A stretch of DNA of 64,000 nucleotides from an uncultured delta proteobacterium (GTDB taxonomy: Bacteria; Desulfobacterota; Binatia; UBA9968): NCBI GenBank assembly GCA_963745835.1, contig CAVUZH010000016.1, positions 128,001 to 192,000 on the forward strand, in the 5' to 3' direction. A model generated the notes under the pieces. That model was not told the origin of the DNA, searched no databases, and was given only the letters and a program-made list of their open reading frames with translations. The position numbers were made by a program, and so were the translations under genes. Positions 46,437 to 56,065 of this stretch are shown here, one piece after another. Positions within the stretch are counted from its first letter, which is position 1; every line of letters starts with the position of its first letter.

Positions 46437-48275
46437 ATGCAGCAGACCAAAGATACCAGGCAACTCACCTGGCTTCTCGCCTGGGCCGTCGTGTTCTGCG
46501 ACATCGGCACCTCGGTCTACTACGTGCCGGGAATCCTCTACGGCAACGTCGGCGATGACACGCCCTTCTTTGTCTTACTGACTACCATCGGCTTCATCCC
46601 CCTGGCGCTGAAATATATTGAGATAAGCTGGCGCAATCCGGAAGGCGGCGGCGTGGTATCCATCACAACCAAAGCTTTGGGACCGATGTGGGGCTGTCTG
46701 GGCGGCATGTTGATCACCACTAGTTATTTTCTAACAGCTGCTATTTCTGCGGTTTCTGGATTTCACTACATCGGCAGCGTAGTTCACTTAATCGACGCCA
46801 ATATTGTTCTGTTTGCATGCATCGGTCTGTTGGCCTTGGCTCTTTTGAATATAGTGGGAATTCGCGAAAGCGCCACCGTGGCGCTGGTGATGGCCGTAGC
46901 GGCGTTTGCGGTCGATCTTATCGTGATCGCGCTATCGTTCTGGCAATTCTCGCCTGCCCAGTGGTGGCAAGCGCTGCGCAGCTTTGCGCCGGGACGAACC
47001 CTTTCGTTTAGAGAACTGCTAGTTGGGTTTGGCGCGGCTTGGCTGGCGTTCTCGGGTTTGGAAAGCATCAGCCAGCTTAGTCCGAACATGCGCTTTCCGC
47101 TCAGGCGCACTGCGAAGTGGGCCATGATGGGAGTTATCATTACGACTGTGATCACCTCGCCCCTGCTCACGCTGCTATCGATCAATTTGCTTCCAGCCGA
47201 GATTAAGGCTACCGAGAGCGAACGATTTATCTCTGAAGTTGCCTTGGTCTCGGGCGGCTTTGGCCTTAGCCTCGCCGTCGTTCTCAGCGCATCGACGTTG
47301 CTCTTGTTTGCGGCCAATACTGCCATCATCGGCGCCTACCATATTTTCCTGGCACTGACTAATCTTGGCTTCCTGCCGCGCGCGATCGCGCTGCGAAGCG
47401 CTACTTTTCGGAGTCCTCATGTCGCTATCGGCATTGCCACCACTGTCCCCATTGTAGTCATTCTCGCAACGCAAGGTGAGCTGGCCCTATTGGGCGAAAT
47501 GTATGCGTTCGGACTGCTCGGCGCATTCGTCTTTTCATCTCTCAGCCTTGATGTCATTCGCTGGCGACTAGGGCGGCGCGACCTTGGCTTCTGGGTCGGA
47601 GTACTAACCACGGCGGTCATCCTAATTGCGTGGTGTATCAATCTCGTCGAAAAAGAACTGGCCACCCTATTTGGCGGAGTCTTAACCGCAGTGGGTATGA
47701 GCGTGGCCGTAGGCGTTCGCCGCGCCTGGTTTTTGGATCTGCTTCATAAAGTTCCTTGGATCGAGCGCCTTCAGGCGCGCGCCTATATGGCATCAGAAGC
47801 TCTAGTGGATGAAGAGTTAAGAGGCCTGGTGACTTTGGCCGACGCTGTTGAGCTTAAAGATCTTTATCCGTCGTCAACGCTACTGGCAGTTCGGGGAGAA
47901 AACCCGCGGCTCGTCCAGGAAGGCATTCGGCGTGCCAAAGGCATGGGCGAAACCGCTCTGTATTGCGTGTACGTGGAGGAATGGCCGGGTCTCTTCGCCG
48001 GCGATACGCCGCACCGGCCCAGTGATGAAGGAGTGATTACCTTACGTTCCGCCCTGCAGGAGATTCGCGGCAAAGGCCTCGAAGCTATCCCTATCTGGAC
48101 CGTGTCTTACAATGCTGCCGAAGCCATAGCCAACGCAGCCAAGGCGCTCGACGTCGATGCCGCCGTAATTGGCGCGTCTCAGCGCTCGGCTTTTTATCAC
48201 ATGCTGCGCGGTCATGTAGTGAAAGGGCTGATGAAAAAGCTACCCCATGATTGTCATTTGATGATCGTCAACTAG
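46437..48275 (+). CDS. APC-superfamily transporter (KUP/KimA-like) fused to a C-terminal USP domain
   Basis: About 12 TM helices, CDIGTSVYY, EGGG, FSGLESIS; USP-like tail (AVIGASQRS...RGHV). Confidence 0.85.
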   Translation: MQQTKDTRQLTWLLAWAVVFCDIGTSVYYVPGILYGNVGDDTPFFVLLTTIGFIPLALKYIEISWRNPEGGGVVSITTKALGPMWGCLGGMLITTSYFLTAAISAVSGFHYIGSVVHLIDANIVLFACIGLLALALLNIVGIRESATVALVMAVAAFAVDLIVIALSFWQFSPAQWWQALRSFAPGRTLSFRELLVGFGAAWLAFSGLESISQLSPNMRFPLRRTAKWAMMGVIITTVITSPLLTLLSINLLPAEIKATESERFISEVALVSGGFGLSLAVVLSASTLLLFAANTAIIGAYHIFLALTNLGFLPRAIALRSATFRSPHVAIGIATTVPIVVILATQGELALLGEMYAFGLLGAFVFSSLSLDVIRWRLGRRDLGFWVGVLTTAVILIAWCINLVEKELATLFGGVLTAVGMSVAVGVRRAWFLDLLHKVPWIERLQARAYMASEALVDEELRGLVTLADAVELKDLYPSSTLLAVRGENPRLVQEGIRRAKGMGETALYCVYVEEWPGLFAGDTPHRPSDEGVITLRSALQEIRGKGLEAIPIWTVSYNAAEAIANAAKALDVDAAVIGASQRSAFYHMLRGHVVKGLMKKLPHDCHLMIVN

Positions 48276-48996
48276 GCTCCGCCACGGCCATCTCTTCGCT
48301 GGCTCGAGCCGAGCTTTCGATCAGACGATGCGATTCTTCGATGCCCAGGTAACGATCAATCATCGAATGACCTAAATACAGTAACGGGGTGACTGCCACT
48401 GCGATCATCATCTTGTAAGAATAGTTCGTTCCCGCAACGATAAAGAATTCTTCGGTTTTGACCTTGCCGGGCAGCCAAAACGCGATCCCAATGATGACGA
48501 TGCTGTCGATGAGTTGCGAAACCAGGGTTGAGCCCGTCGCTCGCAGCCAGAGATGTTTGCCGCCGGTTCTGTGTCGCACCAGCCAGAATACGCCGACGTC
48601 CACTAATTGACTTATGCCAAACGCAATAATGCTGCCGACGATAATCCAAAGAGACTGACCGAAAACCGCCCGAAACTGGGTATCGTTAACCGGTGAAAAA
48701 GATGCCGCGGGAACCTGAATCGAAAGGTAGAGAACGACAAACGCATAGGCAATTAGGCCGATTGTCGTCAATGTGAGCCGGCGAACTCCGTCGCGGCCGA
48801 AGTATTCATTGATCAAGTCCGTAGTGATAAACACCACCGGCCAGGGAATCACGCCAATGCTCATGGTAAAGGGACCTAGAGTAAAGAGCTTACCGCCGGT
48901 GAGTTCACCCAAAATGGCATTGGTTACGAAAAATCCCGCGAGAGCGAGATAAACAATATCTCTTCTGCTCGCCGCATCTACACCCGCTCTGCTCAC
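48268..48996 (-). CDS. yhhQ: Queuosine precursor transporter (VUT/YhhQ family)
   Basis: TDLINEYFG, SQLVDV, LWLRATGSTLVSQLIDS. Confidence 0.88.
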   Translation of the reverse strand: MSRAGVDAASRRDIVYLALAGFFVTNAILGELTGGKLFTLGPFTMSIGVIPWPVVFITTDLINEYFGRDGVRRLTLTTIGLIAYAFVVLYLSIQVPAASFSPVNDTQFRAVFGQSLWIIVGSIIAFGISQLVDVGVFWLVRHRTGGKHLWLRATGSTLVSQLIDSIVIIGIAFWLPGKVKTEEFFIVAGTNYSYKMMIAVAVTPLLYLGHSMIDRYLGIEESHRLIESSARASEEMAVAEPS

Positions 48997-49083
48997 GCTT
49001 TCCTCAATCGTGCGATCTGTCCCGAAAATTAAGTCGGATTAAGATCTCTCTGAATTGTTACAACCTACGACTGTAAGACACAT

Positions 49084-50112
49084 TTACTTCATGCCGAGAT
49101 CCTTCAAAAAACCTGACTTCGCCAGGGATTCGACAAAAGAGTTATCAAAGAAATCTTTTGGATCGGCGTTCTTTGCATTGGGAAATTCTTTCTGGTCAAG
49201 ATATTCGAACTGAGCTTGTATAGCCTCCAGCCGTACGGCGAGGCTCATTGCCCAATAAGGCGCGAAGGCCTCGTAAGTCCCGTCGACGGTCGCCGGGTCG
49301 TCGATTTTTCCGTATTTGCTAATAGCCTTTTTAGCGATTGCGGGATCTTTTCTGGACGTTACAACGCCTTCGGCGATCGCTTTTAAGAATGCATAAACTG
49401 TGTTGGGGTTGTTCTTCAAATATTTCTCTGTCGTGCCATACGCAACTTGGAACGCCGGAATATTGAGCTTTCCGACATCGACTAAAAGATTGAGTCCCGC
49501 TTCTTTCGCTTTGAGCGTGTTGGGCGCGGACAAGGTTCCGGCAGAAGTTTTCCCGCCGAGGACCGAGCTAAGAATCGCCGGAACGCTCTGCACGTAGAGA
49601 ATTTGCACATCTTTGTCCGGCGCCAAGCCGTTTTTCTTCAACGCTTCACGAGTAGCGGTATCCAATGCCGCCCTTGGTGTGCTCGCTGCAATGGTTCTTC
49701 CTTTCAGATCTTTGATTGACTTGATCTCCTTCGCTCCCCAGATCTGAAAGACCAACTGCTGCATAGTGCCGCCGAAATACTTCACCTGACCACCTCGCAA
49801 TCGAGCATTGATCAAGTCCGGGCCATCGGTATAGAAGTCCGCCTCTTCTGATATCACCGCCTGCGCGGAGACTTGCGGCGTCAGGAGTTGCAGGCTGGCA
49901 TTCAATCCATATTTTTTAAACAGTCCCGCTTCGTAGGCAACCCAAATCGGCGTAAAAGCGCCGCTGGGTTGAGCATAGGTAACGACGACATCCGTTTTTT
50001 CCGGCTTACCTCCGAGTTCCGCGGCAAACGATCGGCCCGACGCTACGCTCAACATTAACGCAAATAGAACAGACCATCTCGGAGTTTTTTTTGCTATGCC
50101 GTGCCTATCCAT
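49084..50112 (-). CDS. ABC substrate-binding protein (SsuA/NMT1/THI5-like)
   Basis: Signal peptide, AYEAGLFKKYGL, DLKGRTI, FFDNSF; GAGGAG RBS before ATG 50112. Confidence 0.88.
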   Translation of the reverse strand: MDRHGIAKKTPRWSVLFALMLSVASGRSFAAELGGKPEKTDVVVTYAQPSGAFTPIWVAYEAGLFKKYGLNASLQLLTPQVSAQAVISEEADFYTDGPDLINARLRGGQVKYFGGTMQQLVFQIWGAKEIKSIKDLKGRTIAASTPRAALDTATREALKKNGLAPDKDVQILYVQSVPAILSSVLGGKTSAGTLSAPNTLKAKEAGLNLLVDVGKLNIPAFQVAYGTTEKYLKNNPNTVYAFLKAIAEGVVTSRKDPAIAKKAISKYGKIDDPATVDGTYEAFAPYWAMSLAVRLEAIQAQFEYLDQKEFPNAKNADPKDFFDNSFVESLAKSGFLKDLGMK

Positions 50113-50137
50113 AATATCTCCTCGCCTACTTTCACAA

Positions 50138-51889
50138 TTATACCTGCGCAGAAGTAACGCTGGCCATCCTCGAGTCCAAGAGTTTGAGTTCGACGGTCGA
50201 GTTTCCATTCCATACATTTTCACTCAGTCGGTAAACTAGGTCGACCATCGCACCAGGCCGCGCCGCAAAGTCTTCTTTTAAGCCAAACGCAACGCCGCTG
50301 ACAAACCGCCCTGCCTGCCTAAAGCGAAAGCGTGCTCCCAACGAGAAGTCCTTCCGTTCACAGACTTCGATGCCTTGGCTTAAAAAGATCGGTTCAGGAT
50401 TGCCCACGCCGAACGGTTTCAAAACATCGATCTCGCGCAAGAGTGGATGGCCGATTTCGGCAAAATTGAGCTGAGCATCGATTTCCAAGAACGGCACCAG
50501 AGCTTCGTCCGACAGGACAGCGCGCGCCGCTTCGTCGAAAGCCTCGATGAAGCTCGGAAGATTCTCCTCTTTGATAGTCAGGCCGCCGGCATACTCGTGA
50601 CCGCCGAATTTTTCCAGGAGATAGCCGCAGCGACGAAGTCCCTCCACCATATGAAAGCCGCGGATGCTGCGCGCCGATCCCTTTCCTTCGCCTCCGTGAA
50701 AACCCAGCACTATGGTTGGACGATGAAATCTCTCCACCACCCGGGAGGCGACAATGCCGAGCACACCAGGATGCCAACCTTCGCCGCTCAAGACTAATGA
50801 ATATCGCCTGCGCTCGATGACTTTCCCGGCTTGTTCCAGGGCAGTTTGCAGCACCTCCGCCTCCATCGTCCGCCGCTCGCGATTATGCACGTCAAGCTCC
50901 TGAGCAATTCGCAGCGCCACTTCGGGCGATTCTGTCGTGAGCAGTTCGATGACTTTGATGGCGGCGTCCATCCGTCCGGCGGCGTTAATACGCGGTCCCA
51001 ACTGAAAACCTACCTGTCCGGCAGTGACATCGCCCGGAGCGAATCCGGCGATTTGCTTCAATGCGATAACCCCCGGCCGCGTTGAAGAGCCGAGCGCTGT
51101 TAAACCTCGCTTGACCAGAGTACGGTTAACGCCCTTGAGCGGCACCATATCGGCAATAGTTCCCAATGCGACGATATCGAGATGACGACGAAGGTCGGGA
51201 TCACCGGAAGCGCGGAACCAGCCTGCATCACGAAGCCGGGCCCGCAGCGCGATCACCACATAGAAAGCTAAACCTGCGGCGCAAAGTCCTTTGTCGGGAA
51301 ACGCACAATCGCTGCGGTGTGGGTTGACAACCGCTATCGCTGGAGGAAGTTGCTCAGGCGGCTGATGATGGTCGACGATAACGATGTCGACGCCAATTTC
51401 ACGCGCCTCAGCAACTTCCTTGAAGTTTGAAATTCCCGAATCGACCGTCACCACCAGGCGAACGCCGCGCTCTTTGAGCCGCCGCAATCCTTCGATATTG
51501 AGGCCGTAGCCTTCCTCAATTCGGTGAGGAACATAAAAGATCGCTTCGACGCCGATCTCGCGCAAGAATGAGACGAGCACCGACGCTCCGGTGGTGCCGT
51601 CAACGTCGTAGTCGCCCCAGATGCTGATTGATTCCGATGCCTGAATGGCGCGAACAATCCGGTCTACTGCAGCATCCATGTCGGCCATCAAGAACGGCGA
51701 TGGCAGATCGGAACGGAGGCTGGAAGAAAGATAGCATTTAGCGGCTTCAATCGCGGTGAGATCGCGCAGCGCAATCACGCGAGCCAACAGCGCCGATAGC
51801 TTAAGCTCGTCACAACATCGGTTGACGAAGGCTTGATCGGGCTGTCTAAGAATCCACCTTTTCCGGAGTTCCTCGTACATAGTTGTCAT
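50138..51889 (-). CDS. recJ: Single-stranded DNA exonuclease RecJ
   Basis: GDYDVDG, DHH, GTIADMV, PRINAAGR, GGHEYAGG, PFGVGNP. Confidence 0.97.
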   Translation of the reverse strand: MTTMYEELRKRWILRQPDQAFVNRCCDELKLSALLARVIALRDLTAIEAAKCYLSSSLRSDLPSPFLMADMDAAVDRIVRAIQASESISIWGDYDVDGTTGASVLVSFLREIGVEAIFYVPHRIEEGYGLNIEGLRRLKERGVRLVVTVDSGISNFKEVAEAREIGVDIVIVDHHQPPEQLPPAIAVVNPHRSDCAFPDKGLCAAGLAFYVVIALRARLRDAGWFRASGDPDLRRHLDIVALGTIADMVPLKGVNRTLVKRGLTALGSSTRPGVIALKQIAGFAPGDVTAGQVGFQLGPRINAAGRMDAAIKVIELLTTESPEVALRIAQELDVHNRERRTMEAEVLQTALEQAGKVIERRRYSLVLSGEGWHPGVLGIVASRVVERFHRPTIVLGFHGGEGKGSARSIRGFHMVEGLRRCGYLLEKFGGHEYAGGLTIKEENLPSFIEAFDEAARAVLSDEALVPFLEIDAQLNFAEIGHPLLREIDVLKPFGVGNPEPIFLSQGIEVCERKDFSLGARFRFRQAGRFVSGVAFGLKEDFAARPGAMVDLVYRLSENVWNGNSTVELKLLDSRMASVTSAQV

Positions 51890-51994
51890 GAAGCAAAGAA
51901 TAGGAGAGAAATGGACGGCGGTCGGTTGGCCTCAGTATTCAATCGGGGAGTTGAACCATTGGAGTTTCTGGTGTCGATTGTTCCTATCACCAGA

Positions 51995-52897
51995 TTATTT
52001 TTTCACCGGCTTCTTCTCCCACATTAAGATCACCGGACTGGCAATGAAGATCGTCGAATAAACCCCGGAGATAAAGCCCACCAAGAGAGTAAAAGCGAAC
52101 GGCCGGATCACCGCGCCACCCAAAAGGTACAGAGAAACAAGCACTAGAAGGGCTGTGCCCGTGGTCAGAATAGTTCGGCTGAGAGTCTCGTTGATGCTGA
52201 TATTGATGATCCCCTCGAGGGTTTCCCGCTTGATCTTGCGCATGTTTTCTCGAATACGATCGCAGATCACCACCGTATCGTTGACGGAAAACCCGACAAT
52301 TGTCAGCAGCGCCGCAATGATGGTCAGGTCAAATTCGTAATTGGCTAACATGAGAGCGCCCACGGCGACGAGAACGTCATGCGCCAGAGCAATCACGGCG
52401 CCGATACCGAATCGAAGATCGAAACGAAACCAGATGTATATGCCCATCATAATCGTGGCAACGATAACCGACAACGCGCCGCGTTGGCGCAGATCTTCGC
52501 CGATTTTCGGCCCCACGGACTCGATTCGACGCACCTCGAATTGGTCAGCGCCGAACTGATCAGTTAAAACTTTTTTGATCTGCTCACCGAGCACGCCGAT
52601 CTCAACCGAGGTCTGGTCCAAGCGAACCAGGTACTCGTTCGAGCCGGGTTGACCAAAGTCTTGTATAACGCTTCCACCGAGATCCATTTTTTCGAATGCC
52701 TGACGAACGTCCGGTATGGTCACGTTTTGCTGAAACTTGAGGTGCACCATCGTACCACCGGCAAAGTCGACCCCTAAATTAGGACCCTTCACAAACAGCA
52801 TGATCAAAACGGCAAGGTTCACGATCGTCGAGATGATAATGGCAATCTTACGGTAGCGGGTAAATGGAATCTTTAACCCAGGTTTGATGAGCTCCAT
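51995..52897 (-). CDS. secF: Protein translocase subunit SecF
   Basis: GVDFAGG, VGP, SVNDTVVICDRIREN, TLSRT. Confidence 0.97.
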   Translation of the reverse strand: MELIKPGLKIPFTRYRKIAIIISTIVNLAVLIMLFVKGPNLGVDFAGGTMVHLKFQQNVTIPDVRQAFEKMDLGGSVIQDFGQPGSNEYLVRLDQTSVEIGVLGEQIKKVLTDQFGADQFEVRRIESVGPKIGEDLRQRGALSVIVATIMMGIYIWFRFDLRFGIGAVIALAHDVLVAVGALMLANYEFDLTIIAALLTIVGFSVNDTVVICDRIRENMRKIKRETLEGIINISINETLSRTILTTGTALLVLVSLYLLGGAVIRPFAFTLLVGFISGVYSTIFIASPVILMWEKKPVKK

Positions 52898-52903
52898 ACT
52901 TCC

Positions 52904-54505
52904 TCAAATGCTGACCCGCGCGAGCTTGCGAGAATTCGCGCGATAATCGTAATAAATCCGGGTCAGGTAAACCGCGGTGATAACTGTGGTGAGAATCCCG
53001 ACACATAGAGTAACGGCAAAGCCTTTGATAGGGCCGGTGCCAAACTGAAACAAGATCACTCCGGAAAGGAAAGTCGTAACGTTGGAATCCAGGATAGCCG
53101 GCAACGCGTGCTGGTAGCCTGCCTCAACAGCCGAACGCGGCGCGCGCCCGGCTCGAAGCTCCTCGCGGATGCGTTCATTGATCAAAACGTTGGCGTCCAC
53201 GGCCATGCCGACAGTGAGAACGATACCGGCGATACCCGGCAGGGTTAAGACTGCTTGAAAGCCGGCCAGAATTGCAATGAGAAACAGGACATTGAACAGC
53301 AATGCCATCACCGCGACCACCCCAGCGCCCTTGTAGTAGGCGATCATAAAAACGATCACCAAGGCGCCCCCAATGATGAAAGAATTGACCCCTTGTCGGA
53401 TGGAGTCTTGGCCAAGGGATGGGCCCACCGTTCGTTCTTCAACAATCTCGACCGGTGCGGGAAGCGCGCCGGCCCGCAGAATGATTGCCAGGTCGCGCGC
53501 CTCTTTAATATCGAAGCTGCCGGTAATCGAGGCTCTCCCGCCGCCGATTCGTTCCTGAATAACAGGCGCTGAGTAAACCCGGTTATCGAGCACGATTGCC
53601 AAGCGCCGGCGAACATTGGCGCCGGTAATTTGTTCGAATAGACGTGAGCCGCTGGCGTTCAAGATCAGTTCCACATAAGGTCCCTGCAGTTGAGTGCTCG
53701 GCCGCACCCGCGCATCAGCGATATATTCACCAGTCATGAGCGTACGTGATTCCACGACATAGGCTGTTCTTGGCGCGCCGCTGCCGCCCTCGCCTTTGTC
53801 ACCGTAACCATAGAGAACCTGACGTCCCGGCGGGGGACCGGTGCGGATCGCGCTTTCGACATCGGCATTGTCATCGACTAATTTGAACTCAAGCAGAGCC
53901 GTCTTACCGATAATCTCCTTGGCCCGATCCGGGTCCTGGATTCCCGGGAGTTGGATGAGAATATCCTGTTGTCCCTGACGTTGGATGATCGGTTCGCTGA
54001 CGCCGAACTGATCGATTCGATTGCGTATAGTTTCGAGGGATTGATCAACCGCAAAATCGCGCACCGCGCGCAGCTCTTCTTTGCTGAGGGTTAAGAAGAA
54101 CTCAGTTGTGCCGGCCGTGGTCTGAGTATTGACCACAGTTAAATTAGGAAAATCTCCCTTCAGAACCCCGCGTACCCGGTCGACACTCTCCGCCGGCGCT
54201 CTTACCTGCAGCTGTGTTCCTTGAACACGCTCGATCGAAATGTTTGAGAGACCGCGTTCACGAAAAAGATTAAGGAGATCATTCCTGACCCGTTCGATGT
54301 TATGCTCAACCGCTTTGTCAACTTGTACTTCCAAGACTAAATGAGTGCCGCCTTGCAAGTCCAATCCCAAATGGATCTTCTCCGAAGGCAGAATACTGCT
54401 CCACCATGACGGCAAGGGGTCAACGAAGTTCGGAAGCAGGTAAATGATCGCAGCCAGAGCCGCAACCGCAAACATAATGAAACGAGCCAAAACACCCCGC
54501 CGCAT
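52904..54505 (-). CDS. secD: Protein translocase subunit SecD
   Basis: LGLDLQGG, RIDQFGVSEP, VGPSLG, AVDANVLINERIREE. Confidence 0.97.
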   Translation of the reverse strand: MRRGVLARFIMFAVAALAAIIYLLPNFVDPLPSWWSSILPSEKIHLGLDLQGGTHLVLEVQVDKAVEHNIERVRNDLLNLFRERGLSNISIERVQGTQLQVRAPAESVDRVRGVLKGDFPNLTVVNTQTTAGTTEFFLTLSKEELRAVRDFAVDQSLETIRNRIDQFGVSEPIIQRQGQQDILIQLPGIQDPDRAKEIIGKTALLEFKLVDDNADVESAIRTGPPPGRQVLYGYGDKGEGGSGAPRTAYVVESRTLMTGEYIADARVRPSTQLQGPYVELILNASGSRLFEQITGANVRRRLAIVLDNRVYSAPVIQERIGGGRASITGSFDIKEARDLAIILRAGALPAPVEIVEERTVGPSLGQDSIRQGVNSFIIGGALVIVFMIAYYKGAGVVAVMALLFNVLFLIAILAGFQAVLTLPGIAGIVLTVGMAVDANVLINERIREELRAGRAPRSAVEAGYQHALPAILDSNVTTFLSGVILFQFGTGPIKGFAVTLCVGILTTVITAVYLTRIYYDYRANSRKLARVSI

Positions 54506-54507
54506 GG

Positions 54508-54843
54508 CTACTCCTTTGAATCCTTTGCCATCGTTTTTTCGCCCGTCAGTACGGCAGAAATTTGTGGCCGGTTGACGCGGACCCGCACGTTGGGCGCGAT
54601 CTCGAGAGTGACGATGTTCTCGGTTAGGGCCGTAACTTTACCGTAAATTCCTCCCGAGGTCATCACCTCGTCGTTCTTTTTGAGCTTGCTTAGCATCTGT
54701 TGATGCTCTTTAGACTTTTTCTGCTGCGGCCGAATCAGCAAGAAATAGAAAATGATGAAAACCAGCACCAGCGGCAAAAAGCTGATCAACTGGCTCGGAC
54801 TGCCAAGACCCGGACCGGTTTGAGCAAATGCAATGTCGAACAT
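54508..54843 (-). CDS. yajC: Preprotein translocase subunit YajC
   Basis: FYFLLIRPQQK, VMTSGGIYG; tgt-yajC-secD-secF order. Confidence 0.96.
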   Translation of the reverse strand: MFDIAFAQTGPGLGSPSQLISFLPLVLVFIIFYFLLIRPQQKKSKEHQQMLSKLKKNDEVMTSGGIYGKVTALTENIVTLEIAPNVRVRVNRPQISAVLTGEKTMAKDSKE

Positions 54844-54871
54844 AATTCCTCCTGTAAGTTCTCCTCACAGA

Positions 54872-55969
54872 TTAGGGTGTCGGCCTGCTGATTTCAAAAT
54901 CAGTCCGGTCGTCGCGGATCATTTCACGACACCTTTTCATAAGGCGGTGGTAAAAGTAAAGATTATGCAGGCTATTTAGCTGAGATGAGAGAATTTCCCC
55001 CGCCATATAGAGATGGCGCAGATAGGCTCGTGAAAAATTTCGGCATGTATAGCACTCGCACAATTCATCCAACGGCCGCGGATCTCGCGCGAAATCGGCG
55101 CGCTTGATGTTGACCTTGCCCCCAGAGGTAAAGAGAGTTCCGTTGCGTGCGTTGCGCGTCGGAATAACACAATCGAACATATCAAAACCGGCGCGTATGG
55201 CATTGATGATGTCTTCGGGCCGGCCCACGCCCATGAGATAGCGCGGCCGATCCTTCGGCAGCAGTTCCGCCGTGTAGGCGCTGATCGCCTGCAATGTCGT
55301 CTCTCCTTCGCCAACACCCAAGCCGCCCACCGCAAAACCTTCGAAAGGCATGACCCTCATCTTATCAACACACCATCGACGGAGATCTTCATGCATCCCG
55401 CCCTGGATGATGCCGAACAACAACTGATCTTTGGAAGCTCGCGCTCTCAAGCACCTTTCCGCCCAACGAACCGTCCGCTCGGTAGAACTCCGCACATAGT
55501 CGCGATCGGCGTCGTGCGGAATGCATTCATCTAAAATCATGGCAATATCGCTGCCCAGCATCTCCTGAATCTCCACGACCTTTTCCGGCGTGAGCATGTG
55601 GTAAGAACCGTCCAGTTGCGATTGGAAGCGCACACCCTCTTCGGAAAGCTTGCGCGTCGCGCCTAAGCTAAATACCTGATAGCCGCCGCTGTCGGTCAGG
55701 ATCGGACCATCCCACCCCATGAACTTGTGCAAACCGCCGAGCTGCTTAATCAGTTCCGCGCCCGGTCGTACGTGGAGATGATAGGTATTGCCGAGCAGGA
55801 TTTGACAGCCCATCTCCTTTAGATCTCTCGGCAAGACGGCTTTGACACTTCCCTGCGTCCCGACGGGCATGAAGCACGGCGTTTCGATCATGCCGTGCGC
55901 GGTTTCTAAATGGCCCAGCCGAGCTTCGCTTCTCGAGTCCTTTTTTATCAAGGTAAATCGATTGAACAT
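54872..55969 (-). CDS. tgt: tRNA-guanine transglycosylase
   Basis: FMPVGT, DSGGYQ, PRYLMGVG, DMFDC, CECYTC...H zinc site. Confidence 0.97.
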   Translation of the reverse strand: MFNRFTLIKKDSRSEARLGHLETAHGMIETPCFMPVGTQGSVKAVLPRDLKEMGCQILLGNTYHLHVRPGAELIKQLGGLHKFMGWDGPILTDSGGYQVFSLGATRKLSEEGVRFQSQLDGSYHMLTPEKVVEIQEMLGSDIAMILDECIPHDADRDYVRSSTERTVRWAERCLRARASKDQLLFGIIQGGMHEDLRRWCVDKMRVMPFEGFAVGGLGVGEGETTLQAISAYTAELLPKDRPRYLMGVGRPEDIINAIRAGFDMFDCVIPTRNARNGTLFTSGGKVNIKRADFARDPRPLDELCECYTCRNFSRAYLRHLYMAGEILSSQLNSLHNLYFYHRLMKRCREMIRDDRTDFEISRPTP

Positions 55970-56065
55970 GATTTGAAGCGCGGGACCTGTGAGTGAAAAT
56001 AGATTAGGAATTGGTTGCTAATCGACTCAGCAAGGATCATCTACCGCCGCCGCACCAGTATGCTT

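Noticed and set aside
48997-49083. Possible preQ1 riboswitch upstream of yhhQ
   Set aside because: Only a small hairpin; the GUUC loop and A-rich tail of preQ1-I are not present
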